A stretch of DNA of 64,000 nt. It comes from Nemertoderma westbladi (Eukaryota; Animalia; Xenacoelomorpha). The notes under the pieces are model-generated. The model did no database searches. It was given only the letters and a program-made list of their open reading frames with translations, and had not been told where the DNA came from. The DNA lies in NCBI GenBank assembly GCA_032718475.1, contig JAUCBJ010008295.1, positions 62,001-126,000 on the forward strand, read 5' to 3'. The translations under genes were made by a program, and so were the position numbers. Below are positions 47,897 to 59,860 of this stretch, piece by piece (the first letter of the stretch is position 1; each line of letters starts with the position of its first letter).

Positions 47897-49660
47897 CCAG
47901 TCCAGTCCAGTCCAGCCCAGCCCAGTCCAGTCCAGTCCAGTCCAGTCCAGTCCAGTCCAGTCCAGCCCAGCCCAGCCCAGCCCAGCCCAGTCCAGTCCAG
48001 TCCAGTCCAGTCCAGTCCAGTCCAGTCCAGTCCAGTCCAGTCCAGTCCAGTCCAGTCCAGTCCAGTCCAGTCCAGTCCAGTCCAGTCCAGTCCAGTCCAG
48101 TCCAGCCCAGACCAGACCAGACCAGCCCAGCCCAGCCCAGCCCAGCCCAGCCAAGCCCAGCCCAGCCCAGCCCAGCCCAGCCCAGCCCAGCCCAGCCCAG
48201 CCCAGCCCAGCCCAGCCCAGCCCAGCCCAGCCCAGCCCAGCCCAGCCCAGCCCAGCCCAGCCCAGCCCAGCCCAGCCCAGCCCAGCCCCGTCCAGTCCAG
48301 TCCAGTCCAGTCCAGTCCAGTCCAGTCCAGTCCAGTCCAGCCCAGTCCAGTCCAGTCCAGTCCAGTCCAGTCCAGCCCAGCCCAGTCCAGTCCAGTCCAG
48401 TCCAGTCCAGTCCAGTCCAGTCCAGTCCAGTCCAGTCCAGTCCAGTCCAGTCCAGTCCAGTCCAGTCCAGTCCAGTCCAGTCCAGTCCAGTCCAGTCCAG
48501 TCCAGTCCAGTCCAGTCCAGTCCAGTCCAGTCCAGTCCAGTCCAGTCCAGTCCAGTCCAGTCCAGTCCAGTCCAGTCCAGTCCAGTCCAGTCCAGTCCAG
48601 TCCAGTCCAGTCCAGTCCAGTCCAGTCCAGTCCAGTCCAGTCCAGTCCAGTCCAGTCCAGTCCAGTCCAGTCCAGTCCAGTCCAGTCCAGTCCAGTCCAG
48701 TCCAGTCCAGTCCAGTCCAGTCCAGTCCAGTCCAGTCCAGTCCAGTCCAGTCCAGTCAGTCCAGTCTAGTCCAGTCCAGTCCAGTCCAGTCCAGTCCAGT
48801 CCAGTCCAGTCCAGTCCAGTCCAGTCCAGTCCAGTCCAGTCCAGTCCAGTCCAGTCCAGTCCAGTCCAATCCAGTCCAATCCAGTCCAATCCAGTCCAAT
48901 CCAGTCCAATCCAGTCCAATCCAGTCCAATCCAGTCCAATCCAGTCCAATCCAGTCCAATCCAGTCCAATCCAGTCCAATCCAGTCCAATCCAGTCCAAT
49001 CCAGTCCAATCCAGTCCAATCCAGTCCAATCCAGTCCAATCCAGTCCAATCCAGTCCAATCCAGTCCAATCCAGTCCAATCCAGTCCAATCCAGTCCAAT
49101 CCAGTCCAATCCAGTCCAATCCAATCCAGTCCAATCCAGTCCAATCCAGTCCAATCCAGTCCAATCCAGTCCAATCCAGTCCAATCCAGTCCAATCCAGT
49201 CCAATCCAGTCCAATCCAGTCCAATCCAGTCCAATCCAGTCCAATCCAGTCCAATCCATTCCAATCCAGTCCAATCCAGTCCAATCCAGTCCAATCCAGT
49301 CCAATCCAGTCCAATCCAGTCCAATCCAGTCCAGTCCAGTCCAGTCCAGTCCAATCCAGTCCAGTCCAGTCCAGTCCAGTCCAGTCCAGTCCAGTCCAGT
49401 CCAGTCCAGTCCAGTCCAGTCCAGTCCAGTCCAGTCCAGTCCAGTCCAGTCCAGTCCAGTCCAGTCCAGTCCAGTCTAGTCCAGTCCAGTCCAGTCCAGT
49501 CCAGTCCAGTCCAGTCCAGTCCAGTCCAGTCCAGTCCAGTCCAGTCCAGTCCAGTCCAGTCCAGTCCAGTCCAGTCCAGTCCAGTCCAGTCCAGTCCAGT
49601 CCAGTCCAGTCCAGTCCAGCCCAGCCCAGTCCAGTCCAGTCTAGTCCAATCCAGTCTAGT
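47897..49660. repeat. 1.76-kb compound pentanucleotide microsatellite (CCAGT/CCAGC/CCAAT)n
   Basis: Directly visible. The ORFs over it (DWTGL repeats) are artefacts. Confidence 0.98.
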
Positions 49661-49693
49661 GCGAATAATTTTGGATTTGTTAATGTTTTATAG

Positions 49694-50025
49694 GTGGTCG
49701 ACTTATAGAAAACGGAAGTTACGACAATGGATATATAGTGACAATATACAACGATTATATAACACTAACTAATCCAGAGTGCAAAGACCAGCGTCCAACA
49801 TACTCGAAAACTTGCTCAAATGTCATTATTATTTCTCCAATTTTATCTGACACAATAAGTCTTACGGTATTAGAAAAAGTAATAAGAATATTGGGTGTAA
49901 TTTTTCTCTGCATTGGAATTCCAGCTAATCTTGTTACGGTTTACGCGATGTGTAAAAGCAAAGTGTTCAACCAACATAGCCAGTACGTAATAAGTGCGCT
50001 AGCAACTAGCGATACCTGTCTTCTA
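49694..50025 (+). pseudogene. Class A GPCR fragment (N-terminus, TM1, TM2) cut by the downstream repeat
   Basis: ILGVIFLCIGIPANLVTVYAM (TM1) and VISALATSDTCLL (TM2, LAxxD). It is preceded by an acceptor-like TTTTATAG and fuses at 50026 to repeat sequence. Confidence 0.65.
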
Positions 50026-53000
50026 GTTGGATATGCGGACTCCAGAAAGTAAAAAAATAAAGAGTAAATTCGTTGGCTTCCGCAGTCAGGAAGCCAACCT
50101 TCCCGTGTACACGTTTCTACATATAGGATATTCCGCGGAGTTCACTGAATCTAGAGATCTACAATAGCTGGCAAGCCGAAACTCGGCACGCGTATAGTAC
50201 TCCAGATTCTAAGAATCGCTCAACCCTACGATTTTTGATTTTTGACCTTTAAGGGTCAAAGGTCAAAGGTCAAAGTTGGAAAATTTCCCGAAAATCGCGT
50301 TTTTTTTTATAAATCCAAAATTATCTCGAAAACAAAAAACAAATCTCCAAATGTCCTACGCTGAACTTTTAGCTAGATAAATTATACGTAATCTATCAAA
50401 ATTTCAGATTTCCGAAATTGGCCATTTTGGCCCTGTCTTCGGGGAAGTAAGAAAATTTTCAAAAAACGCTATTTTTCGATATAACGTAGCCTCGCGCTCC
50501 TAGCCCATTAGACCTAGGGGCTTCAAACTTATACCACAAACGCAACTATGGCGTGGGCATGTTCTCTGAAAATTTCAGCCAAAAGGCATTCATTTGTCGG
50601 CTATGGGCAAGACGTAGACATTACGGCGCCAATTTCCGACGATTTGAGCCAATTTTGTAAGCTATGTAGCTCTGTTAGTATATATCGGATCGAGACCGTT
50701 CCACTTTTAATCAATAGAGGGAAGGTGGATCTACCTTCTCAATATTTCAGATCCGGACCTTGGTCAATTTTAGGGGGGGAAAAAGGGTGGACAAAAGGTG
50801 GAAAATTGCAAAATCGGAAAAAACCACTTTGGGGAAAATTAATTTTCTCAAAATTCTCTGCTTATTTTTTTTTTAAACTTTAACATGTTTTAGTACTACT
50901 CAATAGCTACCTTCTGTAGACAGAAAGTTAAGCACAAAAATCTACCGTTTTGGAGTAAATGGACGACGGAAATTTTTGTCCACCAAAAATTCAGTTTTTT
51001 TCAAAAAACGCAAATTTTCGGAAGCCAATATCTCGAGAACCCTTGGTCTAGGGGCTCCAAAAAAAAAATGAAGCCTGTCTGATTTTTTGAGTTCTACAAA
51101 TCCACTATACATTGTTTTATAAAAAAAATTAATCTTCAGGGGCCATAGGGGGGACAAACTTTTTTAAAAAAGGGCCAATTTTTTTTACTAAATTGGCCAT
51201 AAATTGGCCAAAAGTGGTTTTTATCGAAAATGGTCCAATATCTTATTATACCTTTTATTCTTGCGCAACTTTTCACCAAATTTCAGCGTTTTTTATTTTT
51301 GGCCAAAAATCACAGTGCTACCCCCCCTTACGAGATTTGTCAATTTTTGACGATTTGCGCAAAAAAAAATTTTTTGCCCGAAAACACTTTTTCTGGGTAA
51401 TATTGATGCGCTAATTCCAAATTTCGAAACCGTTTTCGATTTCGCCCAACCAAAAAAATTTTAGAGCACTTTAAAAACCGTATTTTTAATGAAAATTCTT
51501 TTTTATATTATTAATCAATTTCCAGCTCGGTTATTCCTTATTTTATCATCTTCTATTTGGTATTATTAGATCCGCGCGTTCAATACGAGTCGTTTGAGCC
51601 ATATAACATCATTGTATCTACTATTCTTCATGAGTTATAAGCGTTTTAATGGGGACGCACATCTAATGTCATTACATGCCTGGTCATTCACCTTACCACA
51701 CAGAAGCCAGGGAAGGGAGGGAGTGGGGTGGGGAACACTGATAGTTCCTGGACATGCTGGTGTTATTGTTGGTTGCTATGGAGATATACTGAATATTATG
51801 CCCTTGGGGTTGTGGTGAAGGCTAAACCAACAACGTACCAACCAACCTTTCCTGACTGCCAGTAGTAGCCCAGCATTCAACCCTGTATAGGCAGAGATAC
51901 ATGTAGACATCGGGAGAGTAAGTTGGTGACGAATTTAAATACATTTACTAACTGACTAAGTTAATTAATAATAATATAGGCATAGCCTAATGTATTATCT
52001 GAGCATAAATAATGGCTAATGGATAGGCCTACATACCAGACAGGTAGGCTGAACACTGTATACCCAGCAACCGTATTTGATTCAGGATTTGTTTATATTT
52101 ATTTGGTTTATTTTTTTATTGTGGTCCAGAATCGCCACCATTTCAGCATTTGGTAGTGTGGGTAGATGTTATCATTAAAGCGATTTGGGGTTTGACGAAT
52201 AATGGGTGTACCAAAGCTGTTAGGTATCATTTAGTTAGGTACAAACCGCTGATATTCTGTGTCATGGATTTTGCTTTCGTAAAGTGCCGCGCAGTTCATT
52301 CAACCCATTCAGCCAGTAAGTTTACTTACTGTCACATATGACCGGGTTCGCCTTGATGTTAAAGGGTAGATATATAAATCCTGTAAACCCACATGTTGTT
52401 ACGGCTGTGAGTGGCAAGTCCAGAGCAGTTCATGGTGAGTTAGAGCATGTGCGAGATAAACGGAAAGCTTCCCGTTAGTCTAGAAGAATGGTACCGCAAT
52501 GGGATTCATTTAAATTAGTCACCCAGGAACTCAGATGTACCCCGCACTGATTTATGGTTGTATTTTGGTACTCTGCACGCATTTGGTGGGATCCGAGCTT
52601 TGGGGATTTTATTTAATAATAGGCCTCTATTGATTACTTCCATTCCCTGCGTTATTTATTATTTGTTTATAATTATTCAAATATATTGTATTTTTTATTG
52701 AGAATATTCTAGTGTATTTGTTCAGTTAGTTTTGCAAATTTGCAATCGTTGTCATTCTGATAATTTATTACAAAATTGTTACATTATTATGACAACATTA
52801 CACATTATATACAACGCACCATTTGTATTAACAGCAAGTTGTTAAGTTATCAATATTTCGTAATGTTGAAATTTTGTGATAAACTACAAGGGCAAATACT
52901 GTCAAGTTCTTTTATAATAAAATTAACCGTGTATATTTATTCAATTATGTAAAATAACTATCCCCAACGCTCATCAACACTTGTGTTGATGTGCGTTGGG

Positions 53001-56000
53001 GCGCAAATGACAACTCTTTAGTTGCCCCCCCCCCCCCCCCCCCCCCCCGCAGCCTGGCTGCCTAACATTTTATTGCTGAGAGATCAACTGTGGGTGGCTG
53101 GCTATTTCGTATGCATCAAATACTATTATGTTACAAGGTACTGAAGATAGTATAATTAAACTTTTAATGTTGATAACTTTTTGTTTATATAAAGTGCCTA
53201 CAATATTTGTGGTTAAAATTTATCATTATTTATATTTGAATTGAATTTCGTATCTTGTATTTGATGGGTTGTTCCCTATTTAATACTTTAATTGTTTATA
53301 TTTGAGTTTAATATGCATTGTTCAGTTCATACACTGGTACTTTATTTATATAATTTATTATTTATAAAAACAATTGTCATTTAAATTATTATTTAATCTG
53401 CATTTGTGTTTGTGCAGAGATAGGGGTTATAATCAATGGGTAATGAATTAGGGTGTTATATAATGTTTTATAATATCATGATATCCTAACTTATTCGGGA
53501 GGGATGGTGGGTTCTCTATGAAGATTTCATAAATTCATCTACTATTTTATTTACTTTATATCCTTGCATTTATATTATATTTGTGCGATAGTATATCTTC
53601 ACACTCCCCATATGTCAGTTAGCATTGATCTCTCAATTCAATCAATCTTTTATTTCTCCCCACTCTTCCCATTGACATTCCACTCCACCCCACCCCCTCC
53701 CATACTCTCTCTCTCTCTTCTCTCCCCCTCCTAGCATCCGCCCCTTGTTGGATATGCGGACCTCAGAAAGTAAAAAAATAAAGAGTAAACCCGTTGGCTT
53801 CCGCAGTCAGGAAGCCAACCTTCCCGTGTACACGTTTCTACATATAGGATATTCCGCGCAGTTCACTGATTCTGGAGATCTACAATAGCTGGGAAGCTGA
53901 AATTTGGTACACGTATATTTCGAGGAATTCTAAGATACGCTATTTTTTTATTTTTTTTAATTTCGACCCGGAAGTGTTAAAAATTTAACTCCAAAGTTAA
54001 AAAATTTAACTAAAATCTGGAATTTTTTTATTCGCAGCTAATTATCTCAAAAACCATAGGGAAATTTCAAAATGTCTCTCTATCCGATTTTGCGCAGATA
54101 ATTTATACATAATCTATCAAAATATCAGATTTCCCGAATTGGCCATTTTGGCCACACTTAACTTTTCCCGGTAAAATTTTCAAAAAACGCTATTTTTCGA
54201 TATAACGTAGCCTCGCGCTCCTAGCCCATTAGGCCTAGGGGCTTCAAACTTATACCACAAACGCGCCAAGAGAGTGGGCATGTTCTCTGAAAATTTCAGC
54301 CAAAAGGCATTCATTTGTCGGCTATGGGCAAGTCGTAGACATTACGGCGCCAATTTCTGACGATTTGAGCCAATTTTGTAAGCGCTCTAGCTCTGTTACT
54401 ATATATCGGATCGAGACCGTTCCACTTTTAATCAATAGAGGGGAGGTGGATCTACCTTCTCAATATTTCAGATCCGGACCTCGGTCAATTTTAGGGGGGG
54501 AAAAAGGGTGGACAAAAGGTGGAAAATTGCAAAATCGGAAAAAACCACTTTGGGGAAAATAAATTTTCTCAAAATTCTCTGCTTATTTTTTTTTTAAACT
54601 TTAACATGTTTTAGTACTACTCAATAGCTACCTTCTGTAGACAGAAAGTTAAGCACAAAAATCTACCGTTTTGGAGTAAATGGACGACGGAAATTGTTGT
54701 CCAACAAAAATTCCGTTTTTTATCAAAAAACGCAAATATTCGGGAGCCAATATCTCGAGAACCCTTGGTCTAGGGGCTCCAAAAAAAAAATGAAGCCTAT
54801 CTGATTTTTTGAGTTCTACAAATCCACTATACATTGTTTTATAAAAAAAATTAATCTTCAGGGGCCATAGGGGGGACAAACTTTTTTAAAAAAGGGCCAA
54901 TTTTTTTTACCAAATTGGCCATAAATTGGCCAAAACTGGTTTTTATCGAAAATGGTCCAATAACTTATTATACCATTTATTCTTGCGCAACTTTTCACCA
55001 AATTTCAGCGTTTTTTATTTTTGGCCAAAAATCACGGTGCGGTCCCCCCTTACGAGATTTGTCAATTTTTGACGATTTGCGCAAAAAAAAATTTTTTGCC
55101 CGAAAACACTTTTTCTGGTAAATATTGATGCGCTGATTCCAAATTTCGAAACCGTTTTCGATTAAAAACAATAGGAAAAAAATTAGAGCATTTTCAATTC
55201 TGGAATTTCAAATATATGATGAAAAAAAATTTTTTTTTTAATTTTTTCAAATATTGTAAATCTTATTGTATCAACTTGAATTTGGTATTAGTAGATGCAT
55301 AAACATATTTTAAGATGTTTTAGGTACATTATGATGGAATTGTACCTATTATACATAAGATGTTAGAAGCACCTAATTCCAGGTTGGCTATGAAACTGGA
55401 GGTGGCCACGAAACTGCAAAGTGCAAAGATAAACTATATTTATTCTTATATAGAAAGTGTTTCTCCCCAATCCTCATCAACACTTGTGTTGATGGGATTG
55501 GGGCTATAAATTATAATGTTTATTAACCCCCCCCCCCTTCCCCAGTATGACCATGTCCATTCATGCTTATTATGTGGGTACCCAAATTTCTTACAACAAT
55601 TGAATATTATTCATACGATAATTTATAATATGTGGATAAGATAGGGGGTTAACAGGGCTTGTAGTGAATGGGTCAAGGAATAAGACGACAAACAATTATG
55701 TAAAATACAATATATTAATGTAATTTGGGAGGGAAGGCGGGTTTAATATATAGACTTCAGAAGTTCATATCTACACTTAATATTCTATTTACATTCTTGA
55801 ATAATATTACAACACCGTACAGTGTACCTACACACCTGTCAGTGATTTTGTAAAACCTGCATATTCCCTAACACTACCACCCTCTTAAATCCCCTCTCTC
55901 TCTCTCTTCTCTCCCCCTCCTAGCATCCGCCCCCTCGTTGGATATGCGGACTCCAGAAAGTAAAAAAATAAAGAGTAAATTCGTTGGCTTCCGCAGTCAG

Positions 56001-59000
56001 GAAGCCAACCTTCCCGTGTACACGTTTCTACATATAGGATATTCCGCGGAGTTCACTGTAGCTGGAGATCTACAATAGCTGGGAAGCTGAAATTTGGTAC
56101 ACGTATATTTCGAGGAATTCTAAGATAAGCCATAGTTTTATTTTTTTTAATTTCGACCCGGAAGTGTTAAAAATTTAACTCCAAAGTTAAAAAATTTAAC
56201 TAAAATCTGGAATTTTTTTATTCGCGGCTAATTATCTCAAAAACTATAGGGAAATTTCAAAATGTCTCTCTATCCGATTTTGCGCAGATAATTTATACAT
56301 AATCTTTCAAAATTTCAGATTTCCAAAATTGGCCATTTTGGCCCTGTCTTCAGGGGAGTAAGAAAATTTTCAAAAATCGCTATTTTTCGATATAACGTAA
56401 CCTCGCGCTCCTAGCCCATTAGGCCTAGGGGCTTCAAACTTATACCACAAACGCGCCTAGAGAGTGGGCATGTTCTCTGAAAATTTCAGCCAAAAGGCAT
56501 TCAATGGTCGGCTATGGGCAAGTCGTAGACATTACGGCGCCAATTTTGGGCAATTTGAGCCAATTTCGTAAGCGCTCTAGCTCTGTTACTATATATCGGA
56601 TCGAGACCGTTCCACTTTTAATCAATAGAGGGAAGGTGAATCTACCTGCTCAATATTTCAGATCCGGACCTCGTTCAATTTTAGGGGGGGAAAAAGGGTG
56701 GACAAAAGGTGGAAAATTGCAAAATCGGAAAAAACCACTTTGGGGAAAATTAATTTTCTCAAAATTCTCTGCTTATTTTTTTTTTAAACTTTAACATGTT
56801 TTAGTACTACTCAATAGCTACCTTTTGTAGACAGAAAGTTAAGCACAGAAATCTACTTTTGTCGGAGTAAATGGATGACGGAAATTTTTGTCCCTCAAAA
56901 ATTCCGTTTTTTTCAAAAAACGCAAATTTTCGGAAACCAATATCTCGAGAACCCTTGGTCTAGGGGCTCCAAAAAAAAAATGAAGCCTGTCTGATTTTTT
57001 GAGTTCTACAAATCCACTATACATTGTTTTATAAAAAAAATTAATCTTCAGGGGCCATAGGGGGGACAAACTTTTTTAAAAAAGGGCCAATTTTTTTTAC
57101 TTAATTGGCCATAAATTGGCCAAAAGTGGTTTTTATCGAAAATGGTCCAATAACTTATTATACCATTTATTCTTGCGCAACTTTTCACCAAATTTCAGCG
57201 TTTTTTATTTTTGGCCAAAAATCACGGTGCTACCCCCCCTTACGAGATTTGTCAATTTTTGACGATTTGCGCAAAAAAAAAATTTTTGCCCGAAAACACT
57301 TTTTCTGGTAAATATTGATGCGCTGATTCCAAATTTCGAAACCGTTTTCGATTAAAATCAATAGAAAAAAAATTAGAGCATTTTCAATTCTGGAATTTGA
57401 AATATATGATGAAAAAAAAATTTTTTTTTTAATTTTTTCAAATCTCGTAAATCTTATTGTATCAACTTGAATTTGGTATTAGTAGATGCATAAACATATT
57501 TTAAGATGTTTTAGGTACATTATGATGGAATTGTACCTATTATACATAAGATGTTAGAAGCACTTAATTCCAGGTTGGCTATGAAAATGGAGGTGGCCAT
57601 GAAACTGCAAAGTGCAAAGATAAACTATATTTATTCTTATATAGAAAGTGTTTTTCCCCAATCCTCATCAACACTTGTGTTGATGGGATTGGGGCTATAA
57701 AATATAATATGTTTATTACCCCCCCCCCCCCCCCTCCCCTTCCCTGGTATGACCCTGTCCATTCATGCTTATTATGTGGGTACCCAAATTTCTTATAACA
57801 ATTGAATATTATTCATACAATAATTTATTATATGTTGATAAGATAGGGGGTTAACAGGGCTTGTAGTCAATGGGTCAAGGAATAAGACGACAAACAATTT
57901 ATAAAATACAATATATTAATGTAATTTGGGAGGGATGGCGGGTTTACTACTGTATATAGACTTCAGAAGTTCATATCTACACTTAATATTCTATTTACAT
58001 TCTTGAATAATATTACAACACCGTACAGTGTACCTACACACCTGTCAGTCATTTTGTAAAACCTTCATATTCCCTAACTCTACCCCCCCTCTTATATCTC
58101 CTCTCTCTTCTCTCCCCCTCCTAGCATCCGCTCCCTCGTTGGATATGCGGACTCTCGAAAAATAGAAAAAAAAAAGTTAAACCCGTTCGCAGCCGCAGTC
58201 AGGCTGCGAACCTTCCCGTGTACACGTTTCTACATATAGGATATTCCGCGGAGTTCACTGTAGCTGGAGATCTACAATAGCTGGGAAGCTGAAATTTGGT
58301 ACACGTATATTTCGAGGAATTCTAAGATATTCCATAGTTTTATTTTTTTTAATTTCGACCCGGAAGTGTTAAAAATTTAACTCCAAAGTTAAAAAATTTA
58401 ACTAAAATCTGGAATTTTTTTATTCGCGGCTAATTATCTCAAAAACTATAGGGAAATTTCAAAATGTCTCTCTATCCGATTTTGCGCAGATAAATTATAC
58501 ATAATCTATCAAAATTTCAGATTTCCGAAATTGGCCATTTTGGCCCTGTCTTCGTGGGAGTAAGAAAATTTTCAAAAAACGCTATTTTTCGATATAACGT
58601 AGCCTCGCGCTCCTAGCCCATTAGGCCTAGGGTCTTGAAACTTATACCACAAACGCGCCTATAGCGTGGGCATGTTCTCTGAAAATTTCAACCAAAAGGC
58701 ATTCAGTGGTCGGCTATGGGCAAGTCATAGACATTACTGCGCCAATTTTGGGCCATTTGAGCCAATTTCGTAAGCGCTCTAGCTCTGTTACTATATATCG
58801 GATCGAGACCGTTCCACTTTTAATCTATAGAGGGAAGGTGGATCTATCTGCTCAATATTTCAGATCCGGACCTTGGTCAATTTTAGGGGTGGAAAAAGGG
58901 GGGACAAAAGGTGGAAAATCGCAAAATCGGAAAAAACCACTTTGGGGAAAATTAATTTTCTCAAAATTGTCTGCTTATTTTTTTTTTAAACTTTAACATG

Positions 59001-59860
59001 TTGTAGTACTACTCAATAGCTACCTTCTGTAGACAGAAAGTTAAGCACAAAAATCTACTATTTTCGAGTAAATGGACGACGGAAATTTTTGTCCACCAAA
59101 AAATCCGTTTTTTTCAAAAAACGCAAATTTTCGGGAGCCAATATCTCGAGAACCCTTGGTCTAGGGGCTCCAAAAAAAAAATGAAGCCTGTCTGATTTTT
59201 TGAGTTCTACAAATCCACTATACATTGTTTTATAAAAAAAATTAATCTTCAGGGGCCATAGGGGGGACAAACTTTTTTAAAAAAGGGCCGATTTTTTTTA
59301 CTAAATTAGCCATAAATTGGCCAAAAGTGGTTTTTATCGAAAATGGTCAAATAACTTATTATACCATTTATTCTTGCGCAACTTTTCACCAAATTTCAGC
59401 GTTTTTTATTTTTGACGAAAAATCACGGTGCTACCCCCCCTTATGAGATTTGTCAATTTTTGACGATTTGCGCAAAAAAAAAATTTTTGCCCGAAAACAC
59501 ATTTTCTGGGCAATATTGATGCGCTGATTCCAAATTTTGAAACTGTTTTCGATTTTGTTCGACTAAAAATTTTTTAAAGCACTTTAAATACCGTATTTTT
59601 AATGGAAATTGTTTTTTATAATAATAATAAATTTCCAGATCGGTTTTTCTTTGTCGAATCAACTTCTATTTGGTATTATCAGATGCGCGCGTTCAATACG
59701 AGTCTTTTGAGCTATATACCGCCGTTGTATCTGTTATTCTTCAGGAGTTAGAAGCGTTTTAGTGGGGGCGGACATCAAATCTCATTACTTGCCCAGCCCA
59801 CATTGCCCGGTCATTCAACTCATTACTCCTAAGCCAGGGAGGGAATGGGGTGGGTTACTT
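50026..59860. mobile_element. Four head-to-tail units of a non-coding element (starts 50026, 53747, 55937, 58138); possibly non-autonomous rolling-circle (Helentron/HINE-like)
   Basis: Each unit begins GTTGGATATGCGGAC, an A-tract and a 10-bp hairpin, and shares about 1.4 kb. Units 1-3 end (CT)n-CCTAGCATCCGC. The repeat is certain; the class assignment is inference. Confidence 0.7.

Noticed and set aside
47852-49354. 500-aa DWTGL-repeat ORF
   Set aside because: Translation of a pentanucleotide microsatellite.
50548-59662. Recurrent short ORFs in the tandem units as a transposase
   Set aside because: They are short, AT-rich, variably frameshifted between copies and lack catalytic motifs.
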